NCBI GenBank assembly: GCA_054600435.1
Contig: BAAIJX010000014.1
Location: forward strand, 186,001 to 250,000
Length of the DNA stretch: 64,000 nt
Origin: Neophaeotheca triangularis
Lineage: Eukaryota
Reading direction: 5' to 3'
Shown one piece after another: positions 12,972 through 25,900 of the stretch. The notes beneath the pieces were generated by a model, which was not told where the DNA came from, ran no database searches, and saw only the letters and a program-made list of their open reading frames with translations. Position numbers and translations under genes: made by a program. Numbering within the stretch: the stretch's first letter is position 1; the number at the start of each line of letters is the position of its first letter.

Positions 12972-13727
12972 GATGATTTCCAGTGGCCTTTTTTTTTTAT
13001 TCGGCTGGCGCCGGCTCGGGTCATACATCTGCGAACAATGCGTCTGATCGCTGATATTAATTGCAACTTTGTGTTCCGCTCGTCAGACCATATGGGATGC
13101 CATTGCGGCGCCGGGGAATGAGAAAGCACGAGCACGCGCGCTGGGGGGTATTCCCCCCCGCTTTTTCTCCCTCGCCCATCCGTCATCCTCCCGTCTTCTT
13201 CAGTCAGCGGTTCGAAGTGGTCAAAAAGGTGGTCAAAAACGTGAGGCGGCGAAAGGCGCGGGCCCGGTGGGCGAGAAATGCGCAATGACATTCCTGTCCT
13301 ACAGTGCTTGCAGACTTTACGTGCCCGGCAAGCCAGCACGCGCACCCCTTGCTTGGTGTCACGAACCTCGCCTTTTCCGCGGCCTCCATTCTTCGCAACG
13401 CCATCTCGCACGCACTGCAAGGGAAAGCGGGAAAAAACTTCATGGCTGAAGGCGCGCGTGGGTTTCGCGCACGGGCTGGCAGGAGGGATGGGGATGGAAT
13501 TGACCGGGGTGGATTCCCTTTTGCCAAACTTTTCTGCTCCCTGAAGACGCGAGAGACTTGCACACTCGCCCGCCCATCATGGATACTTGCGTTGTTCTTC
13601 TGCGCGTTGGTAGTGGTCTGGCCGGCAGCTTGTAAGACTTTGCCGTGAAAAGGGCAGCGGGCAATCGAACATTGAGTTTTTTTCACACAAGCAGACGGAA
13701 ATCTGCAAAGAAACAAGGCAACCAACC

Positions 13728-16700
13728 ATGGCCACACCAACCACAGCACCATCGCTCTTCCTCGCCCTCGTGCTCCTCATCCTGACCACTACGAGCCAAA
13801 TCCACGCTCTCCAGATCGCCCACCCATTCAACGCCCAAGTCCCCCCCGTCGCCCGCATCAACAACCTCTACATCTACACGCTCTCGGCATCAAACTTCTC
13901 TCCACCCACGGCGGCCACAAACGCCAACCCCAACCAACCCCCCCGAACCTACGCCCTCCAGAATGCACCCGCCTGGCTCTCCCTGGCATCGCCCTCGACC
14001 TCGCCACCCACACTCACGGGCACTCCCGGCACCGCGGACGCCGGGGTTGCGGAATTCGTCCTCAGCGCAACCGAAACGACGACGGGGCAGAGGGCGGAAA
14101 TGTCGTGCACGCTAGTCATCAGCTCGGAACCGGCACCAAACCTAACGGGACGGCCGCAATTGCGTTCCACGACCGACTCGGCCCAAGTCGCGGAAGCGGA
14201 AGTCTTGCTAACACCGGGCGAGGCTTTCCGGTTTGTCTTTGAGCGCGAGTCGTTTATTGATATTGTGGCCGGGAGGGAGTTGGTGTTTTATGCGACGCTG
14301 GAGGATCATACGCCGTTGCCTGGGTGGTTGGGGTTTCAGGCTGGAGCGGGCGGGGAGGGGGAGTTGGTTTTTAGTGGGAGAGCCCCTGGGTTGTTGGGGG
14401 CGGCGGAGGAGTTGGCGTGGAGGGTTTTGGTTATTGCTAGTGAGGTTGTGGGGTTTGCTGGGGCGGAGGTGGGGTTTGGGCTCGTGGTTACCGGGGATGC
14501 GGATGGGGAGGGGGAATTGCGGTTTCAGCCGGGGGTGGTTGTGGGGTTCAGGGAAGGCGAGGCGGTGGAATTTGCGGGTTTGAGCGGGTTTTTGAGGGAG
14601 GGTGGGAAGGGGGTCGCGGTTGAGAGGGTGAGCGAGGTGGAAGCTGAGGGTTTGCCAGGGTGGGCTAGTTTGGATGAAGAGACGTTGATTATTACTGGGA
14701 TGCCTGGGGATAATGCTGGGGAGCAGAATGCGACGATTACCGTTACCGATGATGATGGTGATGAGGCTTCGGTGGTGGTGCGTTTCGTCCGTGAAGATGA
14801 AGAGGATTCGCTGTTCACCGGATTCATTGGCGAGCTCCAGGCGCAGGCGGGCGAGAGCTTTGAGTACCAGGTGCCGACTTCTGTGCTCGAGCAGGAAGGT
14901 CTGGATGTCAATGTTGTTTTGCCGCCGACTGCGACTTGGTTGAGCTTTAATACTGAAAGCCTTACCCTTAGCGGCGAGGTCCCGGACAGGCCCCAAGAAA
15001 CCTCTTTGAGCGCTACGATGATCGCAAGGTCATCAAATAATACCTCGAGCCAGAGTTTCGAGATTGACATTCGGCAAAGAGCAGCCGATACTCCGAGCGC
15101 GACAAACACTTTGATCGGGACAAGGGGGTCTCCTACCAATACTTCGACGGCGAGCGCTACTGCTGGTCTCCTGGCTGCCAGTTCCGGAGGTCAGCTCGCA
15201 GACGGTGCTATCGCAGCTATAGTTCTCGGTAGCATAGCAGTAGCGGCTCTAATCATTGGGCTATTGCTCTTTTGCTGCCGACGAAGGCGTCGAGGAAACT
15301 ACGATCGACAGTCTGATGACTCTTCCGAGACGAAGCGCAAAATCTCACGGCCGATCGCTCCATCTAATGGAGACGGGATCTTCGTGACCACGCAACTACA
15401 GAACGATGTGGAGAAGCTCGCCGGGAGTCCGTTCGAGAAGAATATACAAACGATCCGCGAACAAGAACAGGCGCCGCAGATCGCTCTCAATCTGCCAGAG
15501 CGCTCGCCTCGAAAGTCGAGATGGAGTAATCGCTTCTCCCGGTTCAGTCAAATTTCATCTTTGGGGGATGGTGGCGACGCGGCAATAAGAGGCAACAGCG
15601 ACATTCCGGAATGGGGTCGAGATTCCAACATGCTGAGTACACCGCACCAAAGCTTCTCGGTACCTGCGGAAATTGCAAGACACTCCAGACGCAATTCTGA
15701 GTTATCGCCGAGTAAGCGTGCATTAGCCAAGTTGCGAGAAAAACATCGCTCAACGCAGAGTATCGGCTTAGGCATCGATAGCGGTGACGGGAGTTTGCTG
15801 GTGCCCGCGCATGGCTCTAGACACAGTAAGCATGGTCGGGGAACTAGCAGTCATGGCCTCTCTGCCACACTGGAGGGAAGCAGCAGGTGCCAATCGATGA
15901 GCACTATTGGGAGCAGTTTGCTTTCCACGAGAGCGTCCGACTTCCCAAGACCACCTATTATTGCTGCTCTCGTCGGCTCTAGATCCAAACCTACCTTGAC
16001 AGATGCGGAGAAACGGAAGAGTATCCGACTCGTTGGTCGCAGCGACAGTATCGTCGATCATCGCTCGTTGCAAGACAAGCGCGAGTCCTTTATACGCAAC
16101 CGGAGAAAAAGTAGGCTCGAGAGTCCCTTCCTGGCTCATGGGTCGTCACGCGCATCCTCCGGTAACAAGTTGGCGCAATTGACCTCCGGCACGGATTTTG
16201 CATCCTCGCAAGCAGATATGCGTCGTTCAAGGCGCGGGAGAAGTTGTCTCACCTCGTACTCGGAATCTTCATCACTAGAGCCGTTCAGAGAGTCACGGAG
16301 GCTGAGCCAAAGAGTCCGCTCGACATTCGGTCCCAACTTTCCTCGCACCATCACGCGATCCAGCTTGGGTGCGCAGCGGGAGCAGCAAGTCGAGTCTAAA
16401 CAGGCCGGAGTCGAGAAGAGCGAGTCCAGTCGCAGCTTCTACACCACCTCTTCGTCGATCAGCGACACAGATTTTCGAGATGAAATGGCACTTCCCCGCC
16501 ATCAACGCAACTTCGTCCTACCTGGCGAAGCTTCCCCGACACCACCTCCGGTCGCCGCACCACCGAGCTCCCGTAGACCTTCGTACACCCGCAGGACTTA
16601 CTCCTCCTCAAGCAGCGCCAGTGGTCTCAGCCGCGAAGCCGCCCGTCAGCGCTGGAAAGACCGCCTCAACCGCGACAGTAAAGGCAACATCCGCGATGTG

Positions 16701-17069
16701 CGTCCCTCGTCGCCACTCTCAACGGCCATTGCAGTGCCAGCAGTCTCTCGCAACTCGCTCACGGCAAGTGGTAAAGCAAGCCAGGCGCGTAGAAGCAGGC
16801 TGAGCGATCCCATGAATTTGGTCAGCCAGGACAGTCTGAGTGGAGTCATGGAGAGACCAAAGCTCGTGCACACGAGTAGTGGGAGGCCAGTTAGCGTTGA
16901 TAAGGCGGAAAGATTTAGTAGTTTGAGGGCAGAGAGCGGTGATGCCAGGGCTGGGAGTGAGGAGTGGGAGGATGGGACGGGTTTGATTCCGCCGCCTGTT
17001 GTTGGAGCGAGGGAGGTGGGGACGGGGGGGACTGGCAAGTCTTCGATGAGCGGTATAGCATTTTTATAG
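13728..17069 (+). CDS. AXL2: Axial budding / polarity landmark Axl2-like type I membrane glycoprotein (CADG repeats)
   Basis: Signal peptide; PFNAQVPPVAR and repeated P(G/A)WLS/F..LxxSG.P cadherin-like (CADG) units; a single TM (GAIAAIVLGS...LLLFCCRRRRR); KISRP motif; long Ser/Arg-rich cytoplasmic tail. Confidence 0.85.
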   Translation: MATPTTAPSLFLALVLLILTTTSQIHALQIAHPFNAQVPPVARINNLYIYTLSASNFSPPTAATNANPNQPPRTYALQNAPAWLSLASPSTSPPTLTGTPGTADAGVAEFVLSATETTTGQRAEMSCTLVISSEPAPNLTGRPQLRSTTDSAQVAEAEVLLTPGEAFRFVFERESFIDIVAGRELVFYATLEDHTPLPGWLGFQAGAGGEGELVFSGRAPGLLGAAEELAWRVLVIASEVVGFAGAEVGFGLVVTGDADGEGELRFQPGVVVGFREGEAVEFAGLSGFLREGGKGVAVERVSEVEAEGLPGWASLDEETLIITGMPGDNAGEQNATITVTDDDGDEASVVVRFVREDEEDSLFTGFIGELQAQAGESFEYQVPTSVLEQEGLDVNVVLPPTATWLSFNTESLTLSGEVPDRPQETSLSATMIARSSNNTSSQSFEIDIRQRAADTPSATNTLIGTRGSPTNTSTASATAGLLAASSGGQLADGAIAAIVLGSIAVAALIIGLLLFCCRRRRRGNYDRQSDDSSETKRKISRPIAPSNGDGIFVTTQLQNDVEKLAGSPFEKNIQTIREQEQAPQIALNLPERSPRKSRWSNRFSRFSQISSLGDGGDAAIRGNSDIPEWGRDSNMLSTPHQSFSVPAEIARHSRRNSELSPSKRALAKLREKHRSTQSIGLGIDSGDGSLLVPAHGSRHSKHGRGTSSHGLSATLEGSSRCQSMSTIGSSLLSTRASDFPRPPIIAALVGSRSKPTLTDAEKRKSIRLVGRSDSIVDHRSLQDKRESFIRNRRKSRLESPFLAHGSSRASSGNKLAQLTSGTDFASSQADMRRSRRGRSCLTSYSESSSLEPFRESRRLSQRVRSTFGPNFPRTITRSSLGAQREQQVESKQAGVEKSESSRSFYTTSSSISDTDFRDEMALPRHQRNFVLPGEASPTPPPVAAPPSSRRPSYTRRTYSSSSSASGLSREAARQRWKDRLNRDSKGNIRDVRPSSPLSTAIAVPAVSRNSLTASGKASQARRSRLSDPMNLVSQDSLSGVMERPKLVHTSSGRPVSVDKAERFSSLRAESGDARAGSEEWEDGTGLIPPPVVGAREVGTGGTGKSSMSGIAFL

Positions 17070-17677
17070 ATCGTGTCCGAGACAAGTTGGAAGTCCGATT
17101 AGCCCTGGCTAGGAGGCAGTACTGTAGCTACCATCTAGACCAGATCAAGGCCGAAGTGGTTGGAGCAGCTGAATCGGGCATATCCGGAAGCAACGTTGCG
17201 GATCCGGTGTAATTGACTACCCCAAACAGGTATTGTATAGTAGTAGAGACAAGGGAGGCAGGGTTCGACTCAGGAACTCCGATATATAGCTCGATAGTAG
17301 TAGGGCAAAGGTGGAGTGAAGAATGTCACCCGGCTATTGCGATATGTTTCCTCAGCCTGTACCTCTTATATAAGCCGCCGCCGGTTATATCTCGGTAACG
17401 GTGCCGACAGCAACGTGATCGGAGACGTCGCTGCCATTCGTCGTTGAGCTCGACTTCACTTGACCGTCGTCACTAGTACAAGACGTGGACAATAATAAAT
17501 AACAAAAAGAGTCAAAGACCCCTCCGGATGATGCAGATGATAATGGCCCGACGTTATCGATAGCGAATTCCCCCTGGTTGAAGTGTCTACGGCCATCTAC
17601 CTCACAACTTTGGTGAGGTAGCTCCAACCTGAACCTTGCTCTCCCGTCTCCTCTGCTCTAATCGTCAACAAGATATT

Positions 17678-17702
17678 TACCTACCTACCTACCTACCTAC
17701 CT
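17678..17702. repeat. (TACC)6 microsatellite upstream of nuc-2
   Basis: Read directly: tacctacctacctacctacctacct. Confidence 0.9.
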
Positions 17703-17949
17703 GCTCTCCACGTGGCCAATGGGTACATGACCGCGCGCAACACGAGCCGAAGACGACATAAATCTTGCACGTGTTCCTCAAACTTACCGCCATGCCGGAT
17801 CCCATAGTCGACAACACAACCTCACCTCGCACAGACACTTCCGCATAGCTATTAGCCGACACAGCTCTGCAGACTGCAAGCTCCTCCATATCGCTCGACC
17901 TTTTGAGAGGTAAGCGATCGCAAGGCCACTTCTCGACTGATCGCCCACC

Positions 17950-20900
17950 ATGTACGTTCGCTTCGAAAAGTCCCGCTGGTTGGCAAATGCTAATTATTCT
18001 GATAGGAAGTTCGGAAAGCACATCCAGAAGCGCCAGCTCGATATACCAGAATACGCCGCCAGCTTTGTCGACTACAAGGCGCTCAAGAAGCTCATCAAGA
18101 AGCTCAGCGCCACTCCTCTGCTTGAGGCAAACCTCAAAGCCGGCGAACATGGCGCGCAGGACCCGCAAACCTCTCTTCAAGCCAACAAGGCAACCTTTTT
18201 CTTTCGCCTTGAGCGTGAGCTTGAAAAGGTCAACACCTTCTACCTCCAGAAGGAAGCAGAGGTCAGTCATCTGGGTGGGAAAGGAAAGCTTCGGCGGGCG
18301 CATATACTAACACCCCCGCAGCTGAAACTACGCCTACGTACCCTGCACGACAAGAAAAGTGCTCTCCAATCGCGAAACACTCCTGCCTCGAAGCTTTCCA
18401 GCAGCTATGTCACCCTCGATGAAGGCTTTCGCCTTTTCAGTAATGATCTGGACAAGCTCCAACAATTCGTCGAAGTCAACCAGACGGCGTTCTCAAAAAT
18501 CTTGAAGAAGGTCAGTCCTATTTTTGAGACATTCATTGGTGTTTCTAAGCTGACTTCTTGAACAGTGGGACAAAACCTCAAAGGTGCAACTTCGCCGCTG
18601 CCCCCTGGGTACCCCGAGATTTAATGTGCTAACAACGCTACAGTCGCGAACCAAGGAACTCTATCTTTCACGAGCCGTCGAAGTCCAGCCATGTTTCAAC
18701 CGCGAAGTCATTAGCGAGCTTTCCGACCAGGCCACCACCGGCGTTCTCGAATTGCAGGCCTGGGCGGAGGGCGAGAAGATATCATATACCCCGGCGCCTG
18801 AACTACAGAACCGAGCACAGTCGAGCCAGCAGGACGATGTTGAGCTTGAGATGCAGATTATCCAAGCTGTCAATGCCGGGAATGTTGGCATGGTAAGAGA
18901 GTGGGCATCGCGCATGTCCAGTGTCGAAGCAAAAGAACGGGTCAGCCGAGTGTTCTTGAATACTGTCAAGACGGCGCCAGAGTCTACTGTGCAGATGCTG
19001 CTTGACACTGCTGTGGTCGATCTCAACTTCGCTGATCAAATCAACGAAAGGAGTTGTCTTCATCAAGCTGCAGTGGTGGGGAGACTGGAAGTGCTGGATC
19101 TCGCACTCAAAACAGGAGCGAGCATACGCGCCGCGGACGTGTATGGCCGCATACCCTTGCATTATGCCTGTATGCATGGGAGAGTGGAAGCGATTCGACT
19201 TCTTGCCGCGGCCGCACCAGACACCGTCAACATCAAGGACCTCGATAACTTTTCGCCACTGGTACATGGCATTGTGCATTCACAGGCAGTAACAGTCGAA
19301 GCGATGCTGAAGCTTGGCGCTTTGGTCGATCCTACTGGATCTGGAGATCACATACCGCTCAATTTGGCATGTCAGTACGGCTCGATGCCAATAGTGGAGC
19401 AGATTCTACGCTACAAGCCTCGGATGCTGCCGGATGCAGAAGGCCTATTCCCGCAGCATATCGTAGCGCGTTTTGGCCGCGATCAACAGCTCTTGGAGAT
19501 GCTGAAAGATTATGGCATGAGCATGGACCAGGCGGATAAGTTGTATCAGTGGACACCGATCTTTCACGCCGCAAGCGAAGGCCACCTCCATTGCCTGGAA
19601 GCACTGCTGCGTTTTGGTGTAAATGTCAAAGTCGAAGACGAAAAGGGCTCGTCCGCATTGTACTACGCTACTTGGGAAGGACACCTCGACTGCATGCAAA
19701 TGCTTGCCGAGGCAAGCCAAACGACGACGGACAGAAAGTCTAGGGGTGTTCAAGTCCGTGGGAGTGAACCATCTTCGAGCATCGCGCCTGCTGCACTGCA
19801 CCCAGATCCCGAAAACATACCGGATCTCAGCCTCCCTCCGCCCATCATTCCTCTCCGAAGATACGGCCATAACTTCCTCGACACCACCAAAACCTTCATC
19901 TTACTCTCCTTCCAAGACCTCGGCTGCGATGCCATCGAATTCTATGGCGACAGTAAATACCCGGCGGCTCGGTTGACCATCTCCTCAAAGTCTTCCGACC
20001 TCATACCTCGAAACATCCCTCTGCCGGTCCAAGATGACTTCAAGAATATCTCTTTCCAGATCGAGAACCTTGCTACTTTCAGCATCGACTTCGACATCTA
20101 CCCTACCTTCGGCAGCAAAGTCATCGCAAGAGCGGCAGCTTCAAGTCGCGTCTTCACCGACAAGAAGAGCAGCTCCGGCAAATGGCATCTAGAGCTTTTC
20201 GACCCCCGATTGAGAGCCATTGGCCGTATCTGCTTCCGCTTCCAGGTTGTCACACCATTTCACGGGATCCCACTCGAAATAACGCACTTTGCGACGTATT
20301 GGAAAGCCACAAGCCAGTACGAGGACCACCACAGTGCTCTCATAACAGGCAGTAGCTTGCAGGGAGATTTCATGCGGCTTTTTGTGCAAGTCACGCAAGA
20401 TGGAGTGCCTGTGTTGTACAATGACTGGGCACTTCCGACGAGCCGCAACGACCTGATCAGCCGGACACCTTACGCGACTTTTGTGAAGATGGGCGAGGCG
20501 GCGAAGCGAGGCAAAGATTTTGTGCGCGAGGAAGCCCGAGCTGGAGCGCAACACGAGCATCTCGAAGTCTTCCAACAGCAAGTCGCGAGATCATACTGCT
20601 CGCTGGCGGATGTGCTGGAAGTGCTACCATCGAATCTTAATTTAGAGGTGCACGTCTGCTACCCGACGCGTGATGAGGAGGAGCAACTGCAGCTTGGACC
20701 AACGGAAAACATCAATGGAGTCGTGGATTCCGTGCTCTCCGTCGTCTTCGAGCATGCGAGGAAGTTGAGGGAAGAGAAAGATAGCTCTTTGAGGAGCTTC
20801 GTGTTCAGCAGTTACAATGCAGATGTTTGCATTGCGCTGAACTGGAAGCAACCTAATTGTAAGTACAGGTCGTCATTTACCCAACAAAATTCACTACTAA

Positions 20901-21260
20901 CGCACCCTCTCAGACCCCGTTCTCCTCTGCAACGAACTCGGCGCTTCCAAGGGTCCCCCTTCAGCTCTTCCCAGCAAGTCCGGTGTCGTCGCCAACTGCG
21001 GCCGTAGCTCCCTTTCGGTTAAAGAAGCTGTGCGCATCGCCCAGAACAACAATTTCATGGGCCTGGTCTGTACATCACGCTTGCTCGAGCTCGTTCCCGC
21101 ACTTATAACTTCAATCAAAGAAGCCGGATTGGTGCTAATGGCGGATCATTCTTTCGACACCCAGGCCGGGAAACGCAACGTCGTGGATCTGGAGGAGAGG
21201 GTTGATGGGCTCTTGGTCGGGAACGCGGTGCTGAAGTTTCGGGACACGGTCGAACAATAG
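17950..21260 (+). CDS. nuc-2: SPX-ankyrin-GDPD CDK inhibitor Nuc-2/Pho81, 6 exons
   Basis: Spliced MKFGKHIQKRQLDIPEYAASFVDYKALKKLIK (SPX), KILKKWDKTSKSRTKELY, ankyrin repeats (GRIPLHYA, WTPIFHAA), LPPPIIPLRRYGHNFLD, and a C-terminal GDPD-like region. Introns are 17952-18005, 18262-18321, 18511-18565, 18584-18643 and 20859-20913. Confidence 0.93.
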
Positions 21261-21511
21261 ACGATGACGATTGAACATGATGATGGTGATATCAAGCGAG
21301 GTGTTTTGGCGCTGGTTGGCGGAAAATCGACCGTGCGCGTGGACATGGTGCGTCTGGCAGGGGCATTGGTAGCAATCACAAGGCACTCGCTCACGCGCAC
21401 GCTTGCTTTAGCTACTAGAAACCCTCGTAATAGGTAATAGCCCACCTCCGACAGCAAAGCCCCAAAAATTCAAGCCCACACTACCAAACTCTCCATCATC
21501 TCATTATTCGA

Positions 21512-22099
21512 TCAAGCACCCTTAAGCCCATACCTCCTCCTCTCCAACGCCTCCAGATCCACCGGCCGCAACATTTCCCTAACCAAAACCGTGACGACCC
21601 ACATGCCCAACGGTAAAACCGCTTCCCAAATCCCCGATCCACCTCGCCCCATGCTCCTCCCCACGGCGCCGGCCAACGATACCAAAACAGCCAAGGCCCC
21701 ATTCAAGAGAAGCAAATAGCGCTCCAGCGGCGAACCCTCGTCGCCGCACAAGCCCCCCCACAAGAACCCCGCCAGCCAGCCCTGCCCCTCAGGCCGCGCC
21801 TTAGTCAGGGGGAGGAAGTGGATGGCGCAAGCGTCGGCGACAAAAGTCGACAGCGCTAGCAACGCGACTAAGCGATCGCGGGGTCGCGAGCGGGGAGCCA
21901 GCAGCGCGAGCAAACTGGGCAGCCCCGCCAGCAGGGGGATCGAAAGGTATAGTTTCCGGTGTAGGGCTATCGTTGCGGTGTCGTGGCGTCGGTAGGCGTG
22001 GATCAGCGCTTCTTGGTGTTCTTCGTCCAGGTCCGAGTCGAGTTCAGAGTCTGATGAGAGGTTGGTATCGGTGTAGGGGCGGCGGTGGCGGACTGACAT
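21512..22099 (-). CDS. Hypothetical multi-pass membrane protein
   Basis: 195-aa ORF with an acidic N-terminal LDEEHQE, about 4 hydrophobic segments and a C-terminal LEALERRRYGLKGA. It resembles a conserved fungal family of unknown function. Confidence 0.7.
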   Translation of the reverse strand: MSVRHRRPYTDTNLSSDSELDSDLDEEHQEALIHAYRRHDTATIALHRKLYLSIPLLAGLPSLLALLAPRSRPRDRLVALLALSTFVADACAIHFLPLTKARPEGQGWLAGFLWGGLCGDEGSPLERYLLLLNGALAVLVSLAGAVGRSMGRGGSGIWEAVLPLGMWVVTVLVREMLRPVDLEALERRRYGLKGA

Positions 22100-22284
22100 G
22101 GTTTGCTCTTTTCCCTTTTTGGTTTATAAGGCGGGGGTTTGGATGGAGTTGAGTTCCAGGTTGGGAGTTGATATAGTTGCGGCTAGGTCTTTGTGTGGGA
22201 GTGGGAGGATGACGTTCGTTCCTGGTCTGCTGCTCGCTTGGTGAGATTGCTGTTGTGTATTGAGATGGCCTGAGGTACCTTACA

Positions 22285-22305
22285 TTAACTTAACTTAACT
22301 TAACT
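22285..22305. repeat. (TAACT)4 tandem repeat
   Basis: Read directly: ttaacttaacttaacttaact. Confidence 0.85.
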
Positions 22306-22926
22306 GCCTAGGTACCTGGTAACCTGGAGGTGTTTCTTGCATTATGTCAGCAATCGGCGTCGTTGCCCCGTTGTCTGTCCGGCTTCGTCTTATCGATACC
22401 GCTCTTGGCGCTATATAAGTATTCCTGCTACATGTTGATTACAGTGCTTTCCATCGCGAACAGGAGCAAGCATCTTACTACTACCTACTGGACCTATGTG
22501 GGTGATAGTTACTCACCTGCTTTCTATTTATTCAGTCTGATAATGTAATCCTCGTAAGGAGATGCTAAACCCCGCATCATACCCAAGCAAAACTCGGGGC
22601 CGCATTCACCCGAGAGACCCCGCAAGTTGCAACGGCCTTCCCTTCTTCCACCTCCACTGGACCACTTCACCTCCTCCACTTGCAAGATCTGCGCAGTGCC
22701 GACGCAGACTTTTGGGATACGAACGTACCCCCTATAACATGGAGATGATTGGTGGGCAAATGCTACCGTCTGCAGCCCTGGACGTCTTGACTGAAAACAG
22801 GTAGGAGGGAGGTAAGCTGCTCACCTGCCAACAACATGGCCAGTAATATAATATAAAGGCCAGGCCATGAAGCCTCTCACCACCTCCACCTCATCTTTGT
22901 TTCCGGCCGTTTCGTCTATTGCAAAC

Positions 22927-25900
22927 ATGTTTCGGCTTTTTTTGACATTTTTGGGTCTCCTTCATGCCTGTCGCGGTTTGCTCGAAGACGCTATCGTCTC
23001 GTTCAGCCACAGCTCTGACGCTGTTCCCATTCATGGAGCGACCATTATCTACTCACATGACGAAGCAGCGGGCGTGGGCATCGCTACTGACAGCCTGGCA
23101 GGCGACTGGGAGGCCATCACAGGCAACCGCCCAGACGTTTGGCAGTACGGCTCGGATGAGCCGTCGAGTCCTCAAGGCCACGCCATCATCGTTTCCACTC
23201 TGGACTCGGACTTGATGGTGGAAATCTGCAGGAACGTGGGAGTTGACCTCTCCGTTCTGGAGGGTAAGTGGGAGGCCTTCACGACGTCGCTCGTCTATAA
23301 TGCTCTCCCTGGGCTTGATAGCTCTTTGCTCATACTAGGGAGTGATTCGAGGGGTGCTACTTTTGGTGTGCACACGCTTGCAGAGCAATCAGGCCAATCT
23401 CCGTAAGTTTGATCTATCCAAAGATTGTGTTCAAAGCTAATCCCCTTTTTTTCTTCTTTTTTTTAGTTACCATTACTGGTTGGACGTACCCGCGAAAAAG
23501 CACGACGAAATTTACGCACTTCCCACTGAGACCTACAGCGGAGAGCCTGCCGTCAAATACCGTGGACTGTTCATCAACGATGAGGCGCCAACCTTGACTA
23601 CCTGGTGGTCGAGAAAATTTGGAGAAGATCCGGAGACAGTCCCGTTGAACACGGAATTCTACCGCCACGTCTTTGATTTGCTCCTCCGACTCAAGGCCAA
23701 CTTCATCTGGCCCGCAATGTGGGGATCGTTCGTCCCAGAGCCCGGCAGGAGGTTTTTCACTGACGACCCTGAGAACCAAAGCATGGCGGACGACTTTGGT
23801 ATTGTGGTCTCCACGAGTCATCACGAGCCCATGCAACGTGCCACAAATGAGTGGAATGCTACGGAGATGGGACTTTGGGACTGGACAGTCAACAAGGAGA
23901 ACGTTACTGCATTCATGAGGGAGGGTATCGAGCGAGCGAAGGGTAACGAGTCTTACTACACACTCGGAATGCGAGGACCCAATGACGGCCCCATTGCAGG
24001 CGACGAAGAACAGGAGCCTATAGACATCCTGCGGGAGGTGTTTGACGTTCAACGAGACATTTTAAACGAGGTTCTTGGCAACGACACAAAAATCAACAGT
24101 ACGAGTCGTCTCGCGGAAGCGAACGGGGCGAAGATGAGCTAATAAACAACAGAGGTCTGGACCATTTACAAAGAAGTTTTCCAATACTACGCCGGCGGCC
24201 TTGTCCCGGATGATGATGTGACGCTTATGTTTGCAAATGACAATTTTGGCAATATGTTGCGTTTACCGCTCGCTAACGAGACGGCTAGATCTGGAGGAGT
24301 TGGGGTACGTACTGTCTCAATGCTCTTAGACAGCAGCTGACCTGGATTCCAGATGTACTTCCACCTGCAGTATTACGGGCGACCGCACCATTACAAGTGG
24401 TACAACTCAAACAATCTTGTAAGTAATTAGTAAGAGGCATTAAGGTACATTTTTAGCTAATCAAAAGTAGCCCAAGATCCACAAAGAACTTTACCAGGCG
24501 ATGGAGAGGAACGTCGACCAGATCTGGGTAATGAATGTTGGGGAGATCAAGCCAATGGAATTTCCCTTTGGTTTCATCATGGACTATGCCTGGAACCCTT
24601 CGAGGATCACACCTGAGTCAATTCCCCAATACGTCGAACACTTTACCACTCGCGAGTTTGGACCAGACTATGCGACTGAAATTGCTGAAATACTCTTCGA
24701 ACACAGTCGGTTGGTCGGCAGACGTAACCTTGAGTCGATTGTTGCTTCAACGTACTCCACTCTGAACTACAACGAATCTCAGAGAGTGTTGGGAGAGTGG
24801 GAGGCCCTTGGAATAAGGACACTGGCGTTGGAAGAAACGTTGCCGGAAGAGCACAAATCGCCATTTTTCCATCTGTGTACGTACCCGGTGATGTCGGGTT
24901 TGAACTACCATCAGGTTGTGCTCGGACAGGGTCAGAACTACCAGTATAGCCGAGAGCAACGGAACCAGGCAAATTACCTTGCCTACGACCTCATCGAAAA
25001 TTTCGAGGAATCTTACGACTGGGAACAACGGTACAATGAATTGGAAAATGGCAAATGGGACGGACTCTCATCGCAGAGAAAGTTCGAGCCTAATGCAGTT
25101 TGGATCGATACATCGAGGGACGTCCTGAACAACCTTACTTTCGTCCAACTGCGTCAGAACGGTGACTACCAATGGGGACCTGTCGGAATATACGTAGAGG
25201 GGAGCGATAGTGCAGCAGAGACAGTCTTCCGTGTCCCGTCCCTCGACGAATCAGCTCCCACTGACAGGTGGTGGGCACCTGTCTTACCGACCTTTACGCG
25301 CTATGGAGCTGAATCGCATTTCGTCGAAATGTTCCACCGCGGAGATCACCGTGTGCCTCACAATTGGACCATCTCGAATGACAACGATTGGTTGCACCTC
25401 TCCCTGATGAGTGGCCAGGTTTCTCGCGAAGACCCTCAACAGACGGTGCACTTCTCGGTCGATTGGGACCGCGTACCCACTGACTTCAACGACACTATCA
25501 GAGTCAGAGCAGATTGGGACGCTGTGCCATACTGGGACTACATTTCCATCCCCGTCTTCGGAGCCGCTGTCCCAGAAGATTTCCACGGATTCCCGGAAGC
25601 GAACGGTGTGGTATCCATCGAACCCGCTCACCACCAGCGACAATCTTCTGGCAACATCTCTTTCGCAACGATCCCTTACCTCGGCTCCAGGACCGACTCG
25701 GGCACTCTCGCACTGCGTCCCTACACCCCAGCCCGCGAAGACTCTTTCGAGCCCGATTCCGCCTGGGTCGAATACGACTTCTACCTCTTCGAAGAATCTC
25801 GTGAAGGCGTCAACGCCACCATCTACCTCACATCCGGCCTCGACACCGACCCGACCCTGCCCATGCGGTTCAAATTGACCGTTGACGGCCAAGACGGCGA

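Noticed and set aside
17255..17280. GGTTCGACTC resembling a tRNA T-loop / B-box
   Set aside because: No T-stem pairing or cloverleaf can be built around it.
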